DNA of 23,986 nt from Bacteroidales bacterium. GTDB taxonomy: Bacteria > Bacteroidota > Bacteroidia > Bacteroidales > UBA12077. Below, piece by piece: positions 1-9,200 of this stretch. The DNA lies in NCBI GenBank assembly GCA_028282585.1, contig JANQHR010000120.1, positions 1 to 23,986 on the forward strand, written 5' to 3'. The notes beneath the pieces were generated by a model. It was not told the DNA's origin. It saw only the letters and a list, made by a program, of their open reading frames with translations, and made no database searches. The translations under genes were made by a program, and so were the position numbers. The stretch's first letter is position 1; every line of letters starts with the position of its first letter.

Positions 1-3000
1 GGAGTTAGATTCAAGAATAGCTTCCCTTAAAGTGTAATGGCCATCATTTGGGTCAACCACATCAAGGTTACTGTTTACAATATAACGACCAATCTCTACA
101 GGGTTGTTTTGCGCAACTACATTATAACTTGTTGTTTTAGAACAACCAAAACCATCTGTTACCTGTACAAAATATTCTCCCGGTTCAGCAACCTCTAATT
201 TCTGTGCTATTCCTAAATCATCATCCGTTCCAACTTCGTAAGTACCATTGGTATTATTGTCTTTAAACCACTGGTAACCAGTGTAAGTTTCACTAACAGT
301 TAACCTTACCGGGGCATTGACATATCCACCGCAACCATCGTTGTACAATGGGCCACGTGCAGGAGCAATGGTTATTGGTAGTGTTGAACAATCCTGTACT
401 GCAAATGCTGCTGTAAATTCCGAAGTATTTTCAATGTAAGGAGAATTAGAACCTGAAGCTTGTGTAATTGTTGCGATTACATAAGGGTTTGCAGGATCAG
501 TAAATGTATGCCCGCTTATATCTATAGACCAGTTTCCACCTGCATCAACAACAGCATCACCAATAAACTTTAAAGCATCTTCGCCATTATCATCAGATTC
601 AAATAATTCAATAATGTCACCAATTGTTCCATTTTCTGAAGATGACAAAGTTGTTTCAATTGTTCCGCTTACTGTATTACTTGTAAAATTTGCCGATTCA
701 ATTATTGGTGGTGACTTCCATTTAATAGGCGCAGCCGGATTTGCAATACTTATACCCTTATTGGTATTATGCATCTCATTCTGCCTGATATGTATTCCAT
801 GCGAATAAGAACTACCATTATAATCAGGTATAGAAATAGTTGTGTAAAAGTTTCTAAATATATTCCCTTCTCCGATTATTGATCCGCCCACTTTAATATT
901 ATCGGATGCGTTTAATGAAATTGCAGATTCTGTTAAACTACCCGGGTTAATAAATTCGTTGCTCTGAACGGTTAAATTATTTGCAGAACCCCAGCTTATA
1001 ATAGCTGATTGCTCAACATACATTAAGTTCCCTGCTCCTGGTTTTCCAAATATTATATCGGTACTTCCATCAATAAAAATACCTGTTAAGTTAGAAAACT
1101 GAACAGCTCCATCAACAGAAACTCCGAATTTGTTGTTATAGATCTCCACATTTTGCGAATTCCAAATACCCATAGAGTTTTGAGCATTTTCTGATGACCA
1201 TCCACTTTCATTTTCAGATATTACATTCCCTTCAGCTTCTGTATCTCCTCCAATTATAATGTTGTTACAGCCGTCCATAGTTAATGGTTGAGACATACGT
1301 CCCGGAACATCCACCATGCCCGTTTCATCAGTTCCAAGTTTACAACCTTTTATGGTTGTTCCGGTGCTGTTTTGCAGTTTGATACCTCCGTATGAATTTG
1401 ATACTACACAATCTGTAATTTCGACACTATCGGCATTGTATATTAATATTCCTTGGCTATCAAAATTGTCAAAATATAAATTATTCAATTTTGATCCTGA
1501 AGCTTCCACTCTGATACCATTATAAACAGAACTATTACCTATAATATGAACCGGTTCAGATAATCCGCTCGCATTGATTTCAACAGGTTGGGTAATTGTA
1601 GGTAGCAAAGTACTTAAATTAATTGTATAAGGTGCACCATCCGTACAGAATAATATACTATGTGGTAAATATTCCGTAGTTGCATTTGATGCTTCAATAG
1701 CTGCACGTAAAGAGCCAGCACCTGCATCATTGCTGTTGGTTACATAATAGTAACCAGGTTCGGAACCCGGACATTCAGGGGTTTGAACTAAAAATGGAGT
1801 GCTAAACTCTGAAGTATTTTCCAGGTTAGGAGAATTATGCCCCGGAGCATCAGTAATTGTAGCAATAACATACACATCACCCGTTGCTGGTAATGAACCA
1901 GAAGTTAATTCCCATGTGTTGTCTGCCCGAACTATGGCTTCACCAAGAAATTCAATTGCATCTTCACCGTCCATATCTGATAGGAAAACTTCAACAATAT
2001 CACCAACATGTCCGTTTTCAGGATCTGTAAAAGCCGTTTCAATAGTTCCACTAATTATTCCCGCTGCTTGATCTCCACCATTAATAATTGGAGCTTTTTT
2101 ACCATTATTGGATAAATAACCTGTTGAGATATCAAAGTATATACCTTTATTTTGTATATTATATATTAAATTTCTTCGAATAGGATTATATTCTACTAGT
2201 TGGCTCACTTTTGAATAAAACCTAATCCCTTCATCGCAATTCGCTATTATATTTCCTTCTCCAATATTTGTTCCACCAATTTTATTATTATTGCCAAAAT
2301 TGCCTATAATACCCTGTGATAATGAACCTAAATCCTCAAGATTCCGATTAACTCCAATATAATTTCCAATTATTGAACAATCTGAACTTCCGCCATTAGT
2401 AATTCCTCGTAATGTTGCTGAAATCACATTTCCTTTATCAACTCCTCCAACTAATAAATTGTTACAATAACTTAAAAATATTCCTTCACTATCTGGTATT
2501 GAAATCTCATCAACTGTCACACCTATATTATTATTTGATACCTCACCAGAAGTGTTATGCAGGTAAATACCTGAACTTGTGCCACCTAAAATTATATTTC
2601 TTGAGTTTTCGTCAGACCCCCCAATTAAAATATTATTACAATGAAAAGCTGATATTCCATGTCTGGTATTTCCCAAGTTCAAAGTACCGGTAACATCTGT
2701 ACCTATTTTACAATTCTGAATTTTAACCGAATTTGCCGTATGTACGTAAATGCCGCTATCATTATTACTTAATATACAAGAGGTAACTTCAACATTATCT
2801 GCTAATTGGATTCTCATACCAAAATTAGTAAAGTTTTGAATGTTGAAATTTTTAATTACTGTATTTGATGCATTTATAATTAAACCCATTGCACCTACAC
2901 TTATACAATTCTGGCCATCAATAAACACAGGATTTGTTAAGTTACTTGCATCAATTTCAACAGTTTGCTGAATATTAGGCAACTGATTTACTAATGTGAT

Positions 3001-6000
3001 ATTATAGGGTGCTACACTTTCGCAAAAAACAATTTTATGAGGTAAATTTTCTGTATTGTTGTTGGAAGATGTAATAGCAGCACGTAAAGAGCCAGCACCT
3101 GCATCATTGCTGTTAGTTACATAATAGTAACCAGGTTCTGAACCCGGGCAACTTGATGTTATAGTAAATGGACTAGTTAATTCAGAGGTATTCCCATTTG
3201 GATCAGTTTGTGTAGCCACAAACATGGTTCCTTCTGTAGATGGAATATCTACTGTCCAATTTCCTGAACCATCGGCAATGATATCACTACTTGTTGAAAT
3301 AAACCTTAACGCTTGTTGTGGACCATCACTTTCGAATAGCTCTATTTTTGCTCCCGTTCGTGAAGTCCCTGAAATAGTTACAGTACCACTATTATCAATA
3401 GCAGTGATATTTGCAGGTGGTACAATATCATCATTATTACCGCCTCCATCTATAAAATGGATACCTTTACTGCCATTACCGTAAAAAACATTTTTTGTTA
3501 TGGTTACCTTTGAAGGTGCTTCTAGAAAAATCCCATTTTGATAATCACTACTATTCAAAGGATTATTACAATTAATAATGGTATTACCCTCAATCAAATT
3601 ATTAATTGCTGAAGGGTAATAGATGTGTACACCATTACCATATATATCATATCCATTGGATAAATCATATTTAGAACCAATTATATTGTTAACTATCTGG
3701 TTATTGGGCGTTGTAAATATTAGGGCTGCGGTAGCTTCTGATCCATCATAACCTATCGTATGAATAATGTTATTTCTTATAATATTATTTTCAGAATGTA
3801 AATCAATTCCTTCATCCTGATAATTATACAATTCAATACCTTCAATAATACAACTGCCCGAATTAACTTTTATACCTGTAGCATTGCCATTACGGACACC
3901 TTCTGTACCATCTGATGCAATGCCTTTAATAATTATATATGGCGTTCCTCCCGTATAGCCAGGTTGAGTTGTTCCATCAAGGTGAATCGTATTGTTAAGT
4001 TCAATATCAATTCCTTTTGATGAATTTGCTTTTAATTTAATTTCGTGAGGCCCAGTACCAGGTATATTAAAACTGATTGTTTGCATCACTCCTTGACTAG
4101 CTGCATTGGCGCCTTCAATAGCCCAAGGTAAAGAACCACTTACACTAGGATCGTCGCTTGTGTTTGTAACGGTCCAGGTATTACTTTGAGATACTACTAC
4201 AGTTTTTACATTACTTTCTATAGTAAGGTCTGTTACCCAATCATTAGTTAATATGCATTTATAATTGCCTGCATCATCAATTGTAGTTAGTTCTACAACA
4301 TAAGAAGCACTATTAGCTCCTGAGATAGACTGCCAGTTACCATCTTCATCTTTCTTTTGCCATTGATAAATAGTATGGACTCCACTTGCAGGAACACTAA
4401 TTTCCAACCTATCACCAGTTACTAATTCTAGTGTTTGTTCTTCTCCTACATTTGCCTGGTTAGAATAACTAAAAGAACTTAATTCATGCACCTCTGAGCT
4501 TGTAAAAAACTGCTCGATATCTCCAAAACTTAAGTTGTTCTCTTGGGCAGATAAAGATAAATTTCCCTTATTCACAAAATCGGGAAGGCCGATAAATGAA
4601 TTATTGTTTACCTGCATATTTATTAAATTACTCAACTGACCAACTTCATCAGGGATAGAGCCGCTTAATTCATTATTATATAAAAGTAAATTTTGTAAGC
4701 TGCTTAAATTACCTAATTCTAATGGAATGGAACCACTTAAGAAATTATAACCTAAACTTAAATATTGAAGGTTTATTAATTGCCCTAATTCTGAAGGAAT
4801 AGAACCACTTAATTCATTGCGAGATAAATATAAAATCTGAAGGTTGCTTATATTGCCTAAGTCTGAAGGAATAGAACCATTAAAGGAATTTATATATAAA
4901 TCTAAAATAGTAAGGTTTATTAATTGCCCTAATTCTGAGGGGATAGAACCACTTAGTAAATTACGATTCAAATATAAATGTGTTAAAGCTTCTAAATCAC
5001 CGATGGAAATAGGCAAATTACCTGTAAGGTTATTACTACCTAAATTAATTTGAGCAATATCTTTACCCTCAGCATCCAATGTAATTCCGTACCATTCGGC
5101 AATATCCTGTATAGTTGTTCCATTAAGCCAATTGGTATTACTTGTCCAGTTTGGGCCATCTGTTGAATTATATAAATCAACTAAAGCATTATATTCAATA
5201 TCATCTGGAACTAAGCCTTCGTCAATATTAATAGTTATTGGGAATTCTGCTGTAAAAACTTCCGTTCCATTAGCTGCTTTTCCTACAACGCTTAATGTTC
5301 CAGATGTTGCATCAGATGCAAAATTAATTGTTATTGAAGAACCTGTACCATTAATAATTCCTCCTGTTCCAGAATAAGTCCAATCATAAGTAACAATATC
5401 TGATTCATAATATACATTGCTTTCAATATTATTATATGCACAATAATATAAATCACCTTCTGTTGCGTTTGACCATGCTGTATAATCTTCTGTAACAATT
5501 GTTAATGAAGTACCATTATTTAAATGAGTACTTCGCCAGTTTTGTTTTATCCAGTATTGAGAAGAAGCTCCTACAGGTAATTCGATCACATCATATACAT
5601 TTCCATCATAATCTGAAATAGTTGATGGAGGAGTGCCAGTTCCTTTATATATTAATCTTACAGATGCTCCATGCTCTTTATTAAAATAACCTCCTACACC
5701 AATTGCATTATTTCCAAAATATAATGACCAATAATTAGCTTGTGTTGGCGAGTATTCATCTTCTTCCCAAAACCTAGCACGAGCTCTTATATCATGAAAT
5801 TGCCCGTTATCATATCTCTCACCTGAACCGTATGCACTAAATCCTGTACTATTAGTAACAAAAACCTTTGGCTGCCAGTACACATTACTCGCTTCTTTCA
5901 AGTATTCACCAGCAGTTAATTGTCCATATTCCGTTCTTATGTCTACTATATCAGAAACAGATGGCAATCCCCAATCCGTAGGAGCAAAATTAGGATCAGA

Positions 6001-6234
6001 AGCAGCGTACCAGTTATATAAATATCCATTTCCTGTAAGAGCTTCTAATCCTTCTACATTATAACTTACACCGTATTGCCCTTGATCTACAGTTGCTGTT
6101 CCTGTAATATTTTGCGCATTACTACTAAATGCTAAACTTAAAAAAACTAAAATAAAAAATGTGGTTTTGGTAAAATTGCTAGCCATTATATTTGGGTTTA
6201 CTTTACTCTTCATTTTTGTGGTAATTTTTCTCAT
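1..6234 (-). CDS. Giant secreted multidomain adhesin-like protein, at least 2078 aa, 3'-truncated by the window edge (PKD-like with inserted FISUMP, LRRs, Ig, CSLREA/parallel beta-helix modules)
   Basis: Absent from the ORF track. I read the minus frame from ATG 6234 (MRKITTKMKSK...; alternative ATGs at 6213 and 6186) to base 1 and found no stop. It starts 7 bp after the upstream stop. Signal peptide FFILVFLSLAFSSNA|QNIT. Motifs include GYLYNWYAA, EYNALVDLYNSTDGPNW, LSGSIPSELGQL repeats, YQWQK...DAGNYKC, YVTNSNDAGAGSLRAAI (twice) and YIVNSNLDVVDPNDGHYTLREAI at the window edge. Confidence 0.93.
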   Translation of the reverse strand, partial: MRKITTKMKSKVNPNIMASNFTKTTFFILVFLSLAFSSNAQNITGTATVDQGQYGVSYNVEGLEALTGNGYLYNWYAASDPNFAPTDWGLPSVSDIVDIRTEYGQLTAGEYLKEASNVYWQPKVFVTNSTGFSAYGSGERYDNGQFHDIRARARFWEEDEYSPTQANYWSLYFGNNAIGVGGYFNKEHGASVRLIYKGTGTPPSTISDYDGNVYDVIELPVGASSQYWIKQNWRSTHLNNGTSLTIVTEDYTAWSNATEGDLYYCAYNNIESNVYYESDIVTYDWTYSGTGGIINGTGSSITINFASDATSGTLSVVGKAANGTEVFTAEFPITINIDEGLVPDDIEYNALVDLYNSTDGPNWTSNTNWLNGTTIQDIAEWYGITLDAEGKDIAQINLGSNNLTGNLPISIGDLEALTHLYLNRNLLSGSIPSELGQLINLTILDLYINSFNGSIPSDLGNISNLQILYLSRNELSGSIPSELGQLINLQYLSLGYNFLSGSIPLELGNLSSLQNLLLYNNELSGSIPDEVGQLSNLINMQVNNNSFIGLPDFVNKGNLSLSAQENNLSFGDIEQFFTSSEVHELSSFSYSNQANVGEEQTLELVTGDRLEISVPASGVHTIYQWQKKDEDGNWQSISGANSASYVVELTTIDDAGNYKCILTNDWVTDLTIESNVKTVVVSQSNTWTVTNTSDDPSVSGSLPWAIEGANAASQGVMQTISFNIPGTGPHEIKLKANSSKGIDIELNNTIHLDGTTQPGYTGGTPYIIIKGIASDGTEGVRNGNATGIKVNSGSCIIEGIELYNYQDEGIDLHSENNIIRNNIIHTIGYDGSEATAALIFTTPNNQIVNNIIGSKYDLSNGYDIYGNGVHIYYPSAINNLIEGNTIINCNNPLNSSDYQNGIFLEAPSKVTITKNVFYGNGSKGIHFIDGGGNNDDIVPPANITAIDNSGTVTISGTSRTGAKIELFESDGPQQALRFISTSSDIIADGSGNWTVDIPSTEGTMFVATQTDPNGNTSELTSPFTITSSCPGSEPGYYYVTNSNDAGAGSLRAAITSSNNNTENLPHKIVFCESVAPYNITLVNQLPNIQQTVEIDASNLTNPVFIDGQNCISVGAMGLIINASNTVIKNFNIQNFTNFGMRIQLADNVEVTSCILSNNDSGIYVHTANSVKIQNCKIGTDVTGTLNLGNTRHGISAFHCNNILIGGSDENSRNIILGGTSSGIYLHNTSGEVSNNNIGVTVDEISIPDSEGIFLSYCNNLLVGGVDKGNVISATLRGITNGGSSDCSIIGNYIGVNRNLEDLGSLSQGIIGNFGNNNKIGGTNIGEGNIIANCDEGIRFYSKVSQLVEYNPIRRNLIYNIQNKGIYFDISTGYLSNNGKKAPIINGGDQAAGIISGTIETAFTDPENGHVGDIVEVFLSDMDGEDAIEFLGEAIVRADNTWELTSGSLPATGDVYVIATITDAPGHNSPNLENTSEFSTPFLVQTPECPGSEPGYYYVTNSNDAGAGSLRAAIEASNATTEYLPHSILFCTDGAPYTINLSTLLPTITQPVEINASGLSEPVHIIGNSSVYNGIRVEASGSKLNNLYFDNFDSQGILIYNADSVEITDCVVSNSYGGIKLQNSTGTTIKGCKLGTDETGMVDVPGRMSQPLTMDGCNNIIIGGDTEAEGNVISENESGWSSENAQNSMGIWNSQNVEIYNNKFGVSVDGAVQFSNLTGIFIDGSTDIIFGKPGAGNLMYVEQSAIISWGSANNLTVQSNEFINPGSLTESAISLNASDNIKVGGSIIGEGNIFRNFYTTISIPDYNGSSYSHGIHIRQNEMHNTNKGISIANPAAPIKWKSPPIIESANFTSNTVSGTIETTLSSSENGTIGDIIELFESDDNGEDALKFIGDAVVDAGGNWSIDISGHTFTDPANPYVIATITQASGSNSPYIENTSEFTAAFAVQDCSTLPITIAPARGPLYNDGCGGYVNAPVRLTVSETYTGYQWFKDNNTNGTYEVGTDDDLGIAQKLEVAEPGEYFVQVTDGFGCSKTTSYNVVAQNNPVEIGRYIVNSNLDVVDPNDGHYTLREAILESNS
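1696..1770. repeat. Intragenic 75-bp direct repeat, copy A (module junction PGSEPGYYYVTNSNDAGAGSLRAAI)
   Basis: 72/75 identical to 3073-3147. The offset is 1377 bp (459 codons) and all three differences are synonymous. Confidence 0.9.
3073..3147. repeat. Intragenic 75-bp direct repeat, copy B
   Basis: 72/75 identical to 1696-1770 and encodes the same peptide. Confidence 0.9.
4621..5052 (-). repeat. Six tandem 24-aa plant-specific-type leucine-rich repeats (72-bp period)
   Basis: Consensus xLxLxxNxLSGSIPxELGxLxxLx, preceded by the N-cap EYNALVDLYNSTDGPNWTSNTNWL...WYGI. DNA at 4768-4811 and 4912-4955 is 42/44 identical. Confidence 0.92.
5416..6033 (-). other. Circularly permuted FISUMP (Fib_succ_major-like) domain within the giant ORF
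   Basis: The C-half motifs GYLYNWYAA...PTDWGLPS...GEYLK...NSTGFSAYGSGER...FW...GASVRLI come before the N-half motifs DYDGNVYDVI...QYWIKQNWRSTHLNNG...TAWSN...YCAYNN. Confidence 0.8.
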
Positions 6235-6241
6235 TGTACTT

Positions 6242-9200
6242 TTAATTATTCTCGATGTTAATAATTACCTTTTTAGCAGGCGATTTAACCGGGTCATTAA
6301 TTCTTACATCGTACATATCCGTTGGAGTATTGTCATTCACTTCATACCCTTCGCGTTGCATATATGTATCGTAGTTTTCACTGCCTGCTTCATCAAACCA
6401 TCCTTCATTACAACCCTCAACATCCCTTTCTCCTTCGTTTTCCGGACATTTAGAAGGTAACTCAACAACCATGTTCCACTCAGTTGCCTGCAATAGTTTT
6501 GTATACTGATACCATGAAACCGGATAAGGATATCCATAAGTATCGCGCGAATTATATTTAAAAAGATCAGGATTTGCATCTGTATCTAAGTAAATTTCTA
6601 CACCGGTATTATATGCTTCATCATCTAATACATAACTGCTTCCGCTACAATTATCAATAGTACCGGTTGAATGCCCCGCGATACCATAATCTAGCCTAAA
6701 CTCGATATGCGAATAACCTACCTCCGATTTTTTAGTATTCATGTGCCTTGATTTGAACTCATGACATGAATAAGTATTAAGCTCACATTGCTCTTTGCAG
6801 ATTTCAATTAACCTATCGGCCATAATTTCAATGTCGCCTTCCGGAACAATAGAAAGATCTGTACCATCATAACACTCTCCGATCGTGTAGCATTTATCTA
6901 AAAGCATTTCTCGAATGTCCATTTTTAATTGGGATCGTTTATTTTCGCAACCTGAATGGCAATTTTCGAGCAACCTCACTATTTCGTACTCCACGAAAGA
7001 AATAGCATCCACCGGATCATATGAATAAGTTCCTTCCGGGTCAACTATGTCAGTGTATCGATCAAAATTACTGGCATCCCATTTATCTAAAATAACACCT
7101 GGATTATTTGTTTCGATTTGATCTTTTTCATCTTCAGTTACCAAATCATCATATCCATCTAAATCCGGATTAATCCACCATTCTTGTGGAGTTTCATAAA
7201 AGTTACAATTTCGTTCTTCTGCTAATTGCTGCCATTTTGGGCCAGGTTCTGTGTGGCCCTTTAGAGCTAAATAGAAAGTATATCGTTGGCCGCAACTCCA
7301 ACTATATTTTGTATAAGGAGTCTTAACTCTGCCAAAACCAGCAAAGTCATTTACAATATATTTTACCTTTGTTTGTTGTCCATTGATATCTATTGTTTTA
7401 ATACCACATCCATTATCCGGAAGATCAGCTAAATTTGGATAATCAGGATCAGGATAACAGAAAGGATCGTTTAAATCTTCTCCACAGCAGGGCACTCTGA
7501 TAGGCTGATTATTTTGATCCAATTGAATAAATCCGGTTGCTTCATCAATTGCAAAACAATCGTTCGGATCGTCAAAATTATTATCTCTCTCCAATTTAGG
7601 GAACATACCTTCATTTTCGTACTCGAAATATTTAAAAGCGTAGATCGGATTTCTGATAAACGGAAACATCTTTACATACTTAACTTCATCGCTTTCTTCA
7701 TCTACCGGAACTTCTTTCATTGGTCCCCAGTTTTTTAAAGGTATATATGGATATTGAAAATTTCCGGATTGGTCACGTCGATAATTCTTAATATACTCTT
7801 CCAGGGTCTTATTAAGCTCGTTCATTTCTAATGGAAATGGCTTATTCTTATCATTTAAGGTTTTAGAAACATACTCAAAATTACCATTACGCGCAGCATC
7901 AGTACTATTATACGCTTCATCACCTAAAGGTATCGCATCGTACGTGCTTAGTATCTTAGCAAACTTGTACCCTGTACAGTTAAGAAATTCTTCTACTAAA
8001 TGCTGTTTATATACTGTTTTACTTGTAATATCAGGGTCACTGTTTAACCCTCTCATTTTTTTTGACATTTTTCTTTTTGCCAACCAACGAGTAATAAAGC
8101 CACCTCCGCTTATATTATCATCAAAATGGTTATCGTGTACTCCCTTATCTCCTTCATTTTCATCGTCAATACTACTTGAAACGTTTGTTCCTTCTTGTGG
8201 ATACTCAGAAAAATCCTCACTACAGAACGATTGCTTCAAATTAATCAAAACCGCCTGCCAGCATTCGAATAATTCACGAGTTGTATATTGTGGGCACTCT
8301 CCGTCATTACAGTCGTCTACAACAGGATTACCACAAGCATCTAACATATTTTTATAAGGATTTACATACTCCTTATCTTCTTGTTGTTTTCTTGCTTCAA
8401 TATATGGATTCTCGCACTTATAGAGATCGGTTAGCATGTTATGAATCATCATATTAAATGTGCCCGGATAGTTCCATCCTTCCATATAACGGTAAAAACT
8501 TTCGTCATTCTCTATATTTTTATCGAACTCTCCGCTTAATTCTGCACAATCTTGTAAATATGCCAAAGCATATCCTTCAAAATCCGGTATGAACTCTGCA
8601 TTAACAGAACCATTATAAATGTCGTAGTAATTATAAACTTCGGGTCCATCTCCATCGTAATCGAATAATTCAGGCTCTGCACTAAAATCAAATGTTGGAA
8701 CCCATTTTATGTTGAGAAGTATTTCGCAACAACCTGAGTTAAGTAAAATATATTCCGGGTTTTGTCCTTCAGGTGTTTCATAAAAGCTGTTATCATCAGC
8801 CTCTGACAAAAGGTACATTTCATAGAGTTCTTTCATTACCTTAGGAGTTTTTCTTTGGTAGGTAAAATTGATAAATTCACCAACTATATCTTCATATACC
8901 GGAAATGATTCATGATCTGTGTTATTAGGATCATCAGGATCTGTATTGTCAAATGTATCAAAAGTCCAACTATTTATAGCATCTGCCAAGCGTCTCATGC
9001 TGTTGTAATACGGTTGAACCATTTCTTCACATTCAATACTCTTTAACCACTCACTTATTAACTTTGCAATAGGTGCTATCTGATCCTGAAGGTCTTTTTC
9101 GGAATTTGAAAGACTTACGCTTGGATCTCCGGGTATTATCTTCTTTTCAACTATATAAGTACCTGTTTGAATTTCAGTTTCCATGAATGTAACAGGGTTC

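Noticed and set aside
4621-5052. CRISPR-like periodic DNA repeats
   Set aside because: The period is 72/144 bp, in frame and encodes LRRs. There are no unique spacers or cas genes.
5650-5780. Possible DGR variable region in the FISUMP domain
   Set aside because: I saw no template repeat differing at adenines and no reverse transcriptase in the window. A remote DGR cannot be excluded.
614-6460. Short plus-strand ORFs (614, 1316, 1799, 2412, 3224, 4844, 5132, 6161)
   Set aside because: They are antisense shadows of the giant minus-strand ORF and its upstream neighbour, with no motifs of their own.
6242-6480. T9SS C-terminal sorting domain on the 1643-aa protein (ends KKVIINIENN)
   Set aside because: It lacks the YPNP/GxY pattern of type A CTDs and the type B motifs. 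Only the terminal KKVII resembles one.
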